Part shown: piece by piece, positions 63,678 to 64,000 of the stretch
Numbering within the stretch: the stretch's first letter is position 1
Layout: each line of letters begins with the position of its first letter
DNA from: Psammoneis japonica
Lineage: Eukaryota
DNA: 64,000 bases
Direction of reading: 5' to 3'
NCBI GenBank assembly: GCA_008632985.1
Contig: QPGO01000072.1
Span: 248,001-312,000, forward strand
The notes under the pieces: generated by a model
What the model was told of the DNA's origin: nothing
Database searches by the model: none
The model's input: only the letters and a program-made list of their open reading frames with translations
Program-made: the position numbers and the translations under genes

Positions 63678-64000
63678 TTAAGTAACTTCAAACTGGCATG
63701 GCCGGCGCGCTCCGGATGAGCGTACAGACCATCCCCGTGGTGACAACACGGAGGAATTGTCAAAAACCCGCCGGAGCCGACGATGACATTGACGCGGTAG
63801 AAAAGGTGTCTAAACATTCGTCGTTTTTTGGACCATTACAACAGAAGCTCTATTAGACCCTCATCGATATACCATTGTAATCATCCATTCGGAGACGTAC
63901 AGTTTGGCGAGAAATATTGAAACATACCGTTTCGCTTTGTCGTGACGCCATGTTGCATGCAGACGACGCATCAACTCACCATTTGCCGGATTTTCGGAAC

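Noticed and set aside
1..64000. CRISPR arrays, rRNA or prokaryotic operons
   Set aside because: No repeat-spacer arrays or rRNA-like sequence seen; intron-containing eukaryotic context.

Overview
Eukaryotic genomic window with short GT-AG introns. Gene and transposon families point to a diatom (inference). Ordinary gene blocks alternate with four large transposon-rich domains (~7.3-10.5, ~19.9-28.7, ~34-45.3, ~54.2-63.2 kb) plus the first ~0.4 kb. Host genes: Patched/NPC1-like, ABCG, SDP1/TGL-like lipase, PCMT-like, cPGS/ArcE-like ligase, rhodanese-methyltransferase, FKBP, F-box/LRR, MYND, Gfo/Idh/MocA, alpha/beta hydrolase, kinase-like. The main discovery is that the TE domains have been almost purged of the dinucleotide TpA by TA->TG / TA->CA transitions, the reverse of fungal RIP. 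The two 586-bp LTRs of one Gypsy element differ at 21 sites by my manual alignment; 19 are TA->CA/TG, all in the same LTR. Conserved Tyr codons in RT/RNase H became Cys/His (YVDD->CVDD). The signature is regional: it spares the 5' half of the Gypsy, spills into host genes, precedes CpG decay, and mostly spares TTA/TAA. This suggests a possibly undescribed TE-inactivating hypermutation or base-modification system. A base-calling artefact must be excluded. Also found: a 447-bp TRIM with tRNA-like A/B boxes, a TTAA MITE at a domain edge, and DIRS-like and piggyBac-like relics. All counts are manual; protein family calls are from motif recognition, not database searches.
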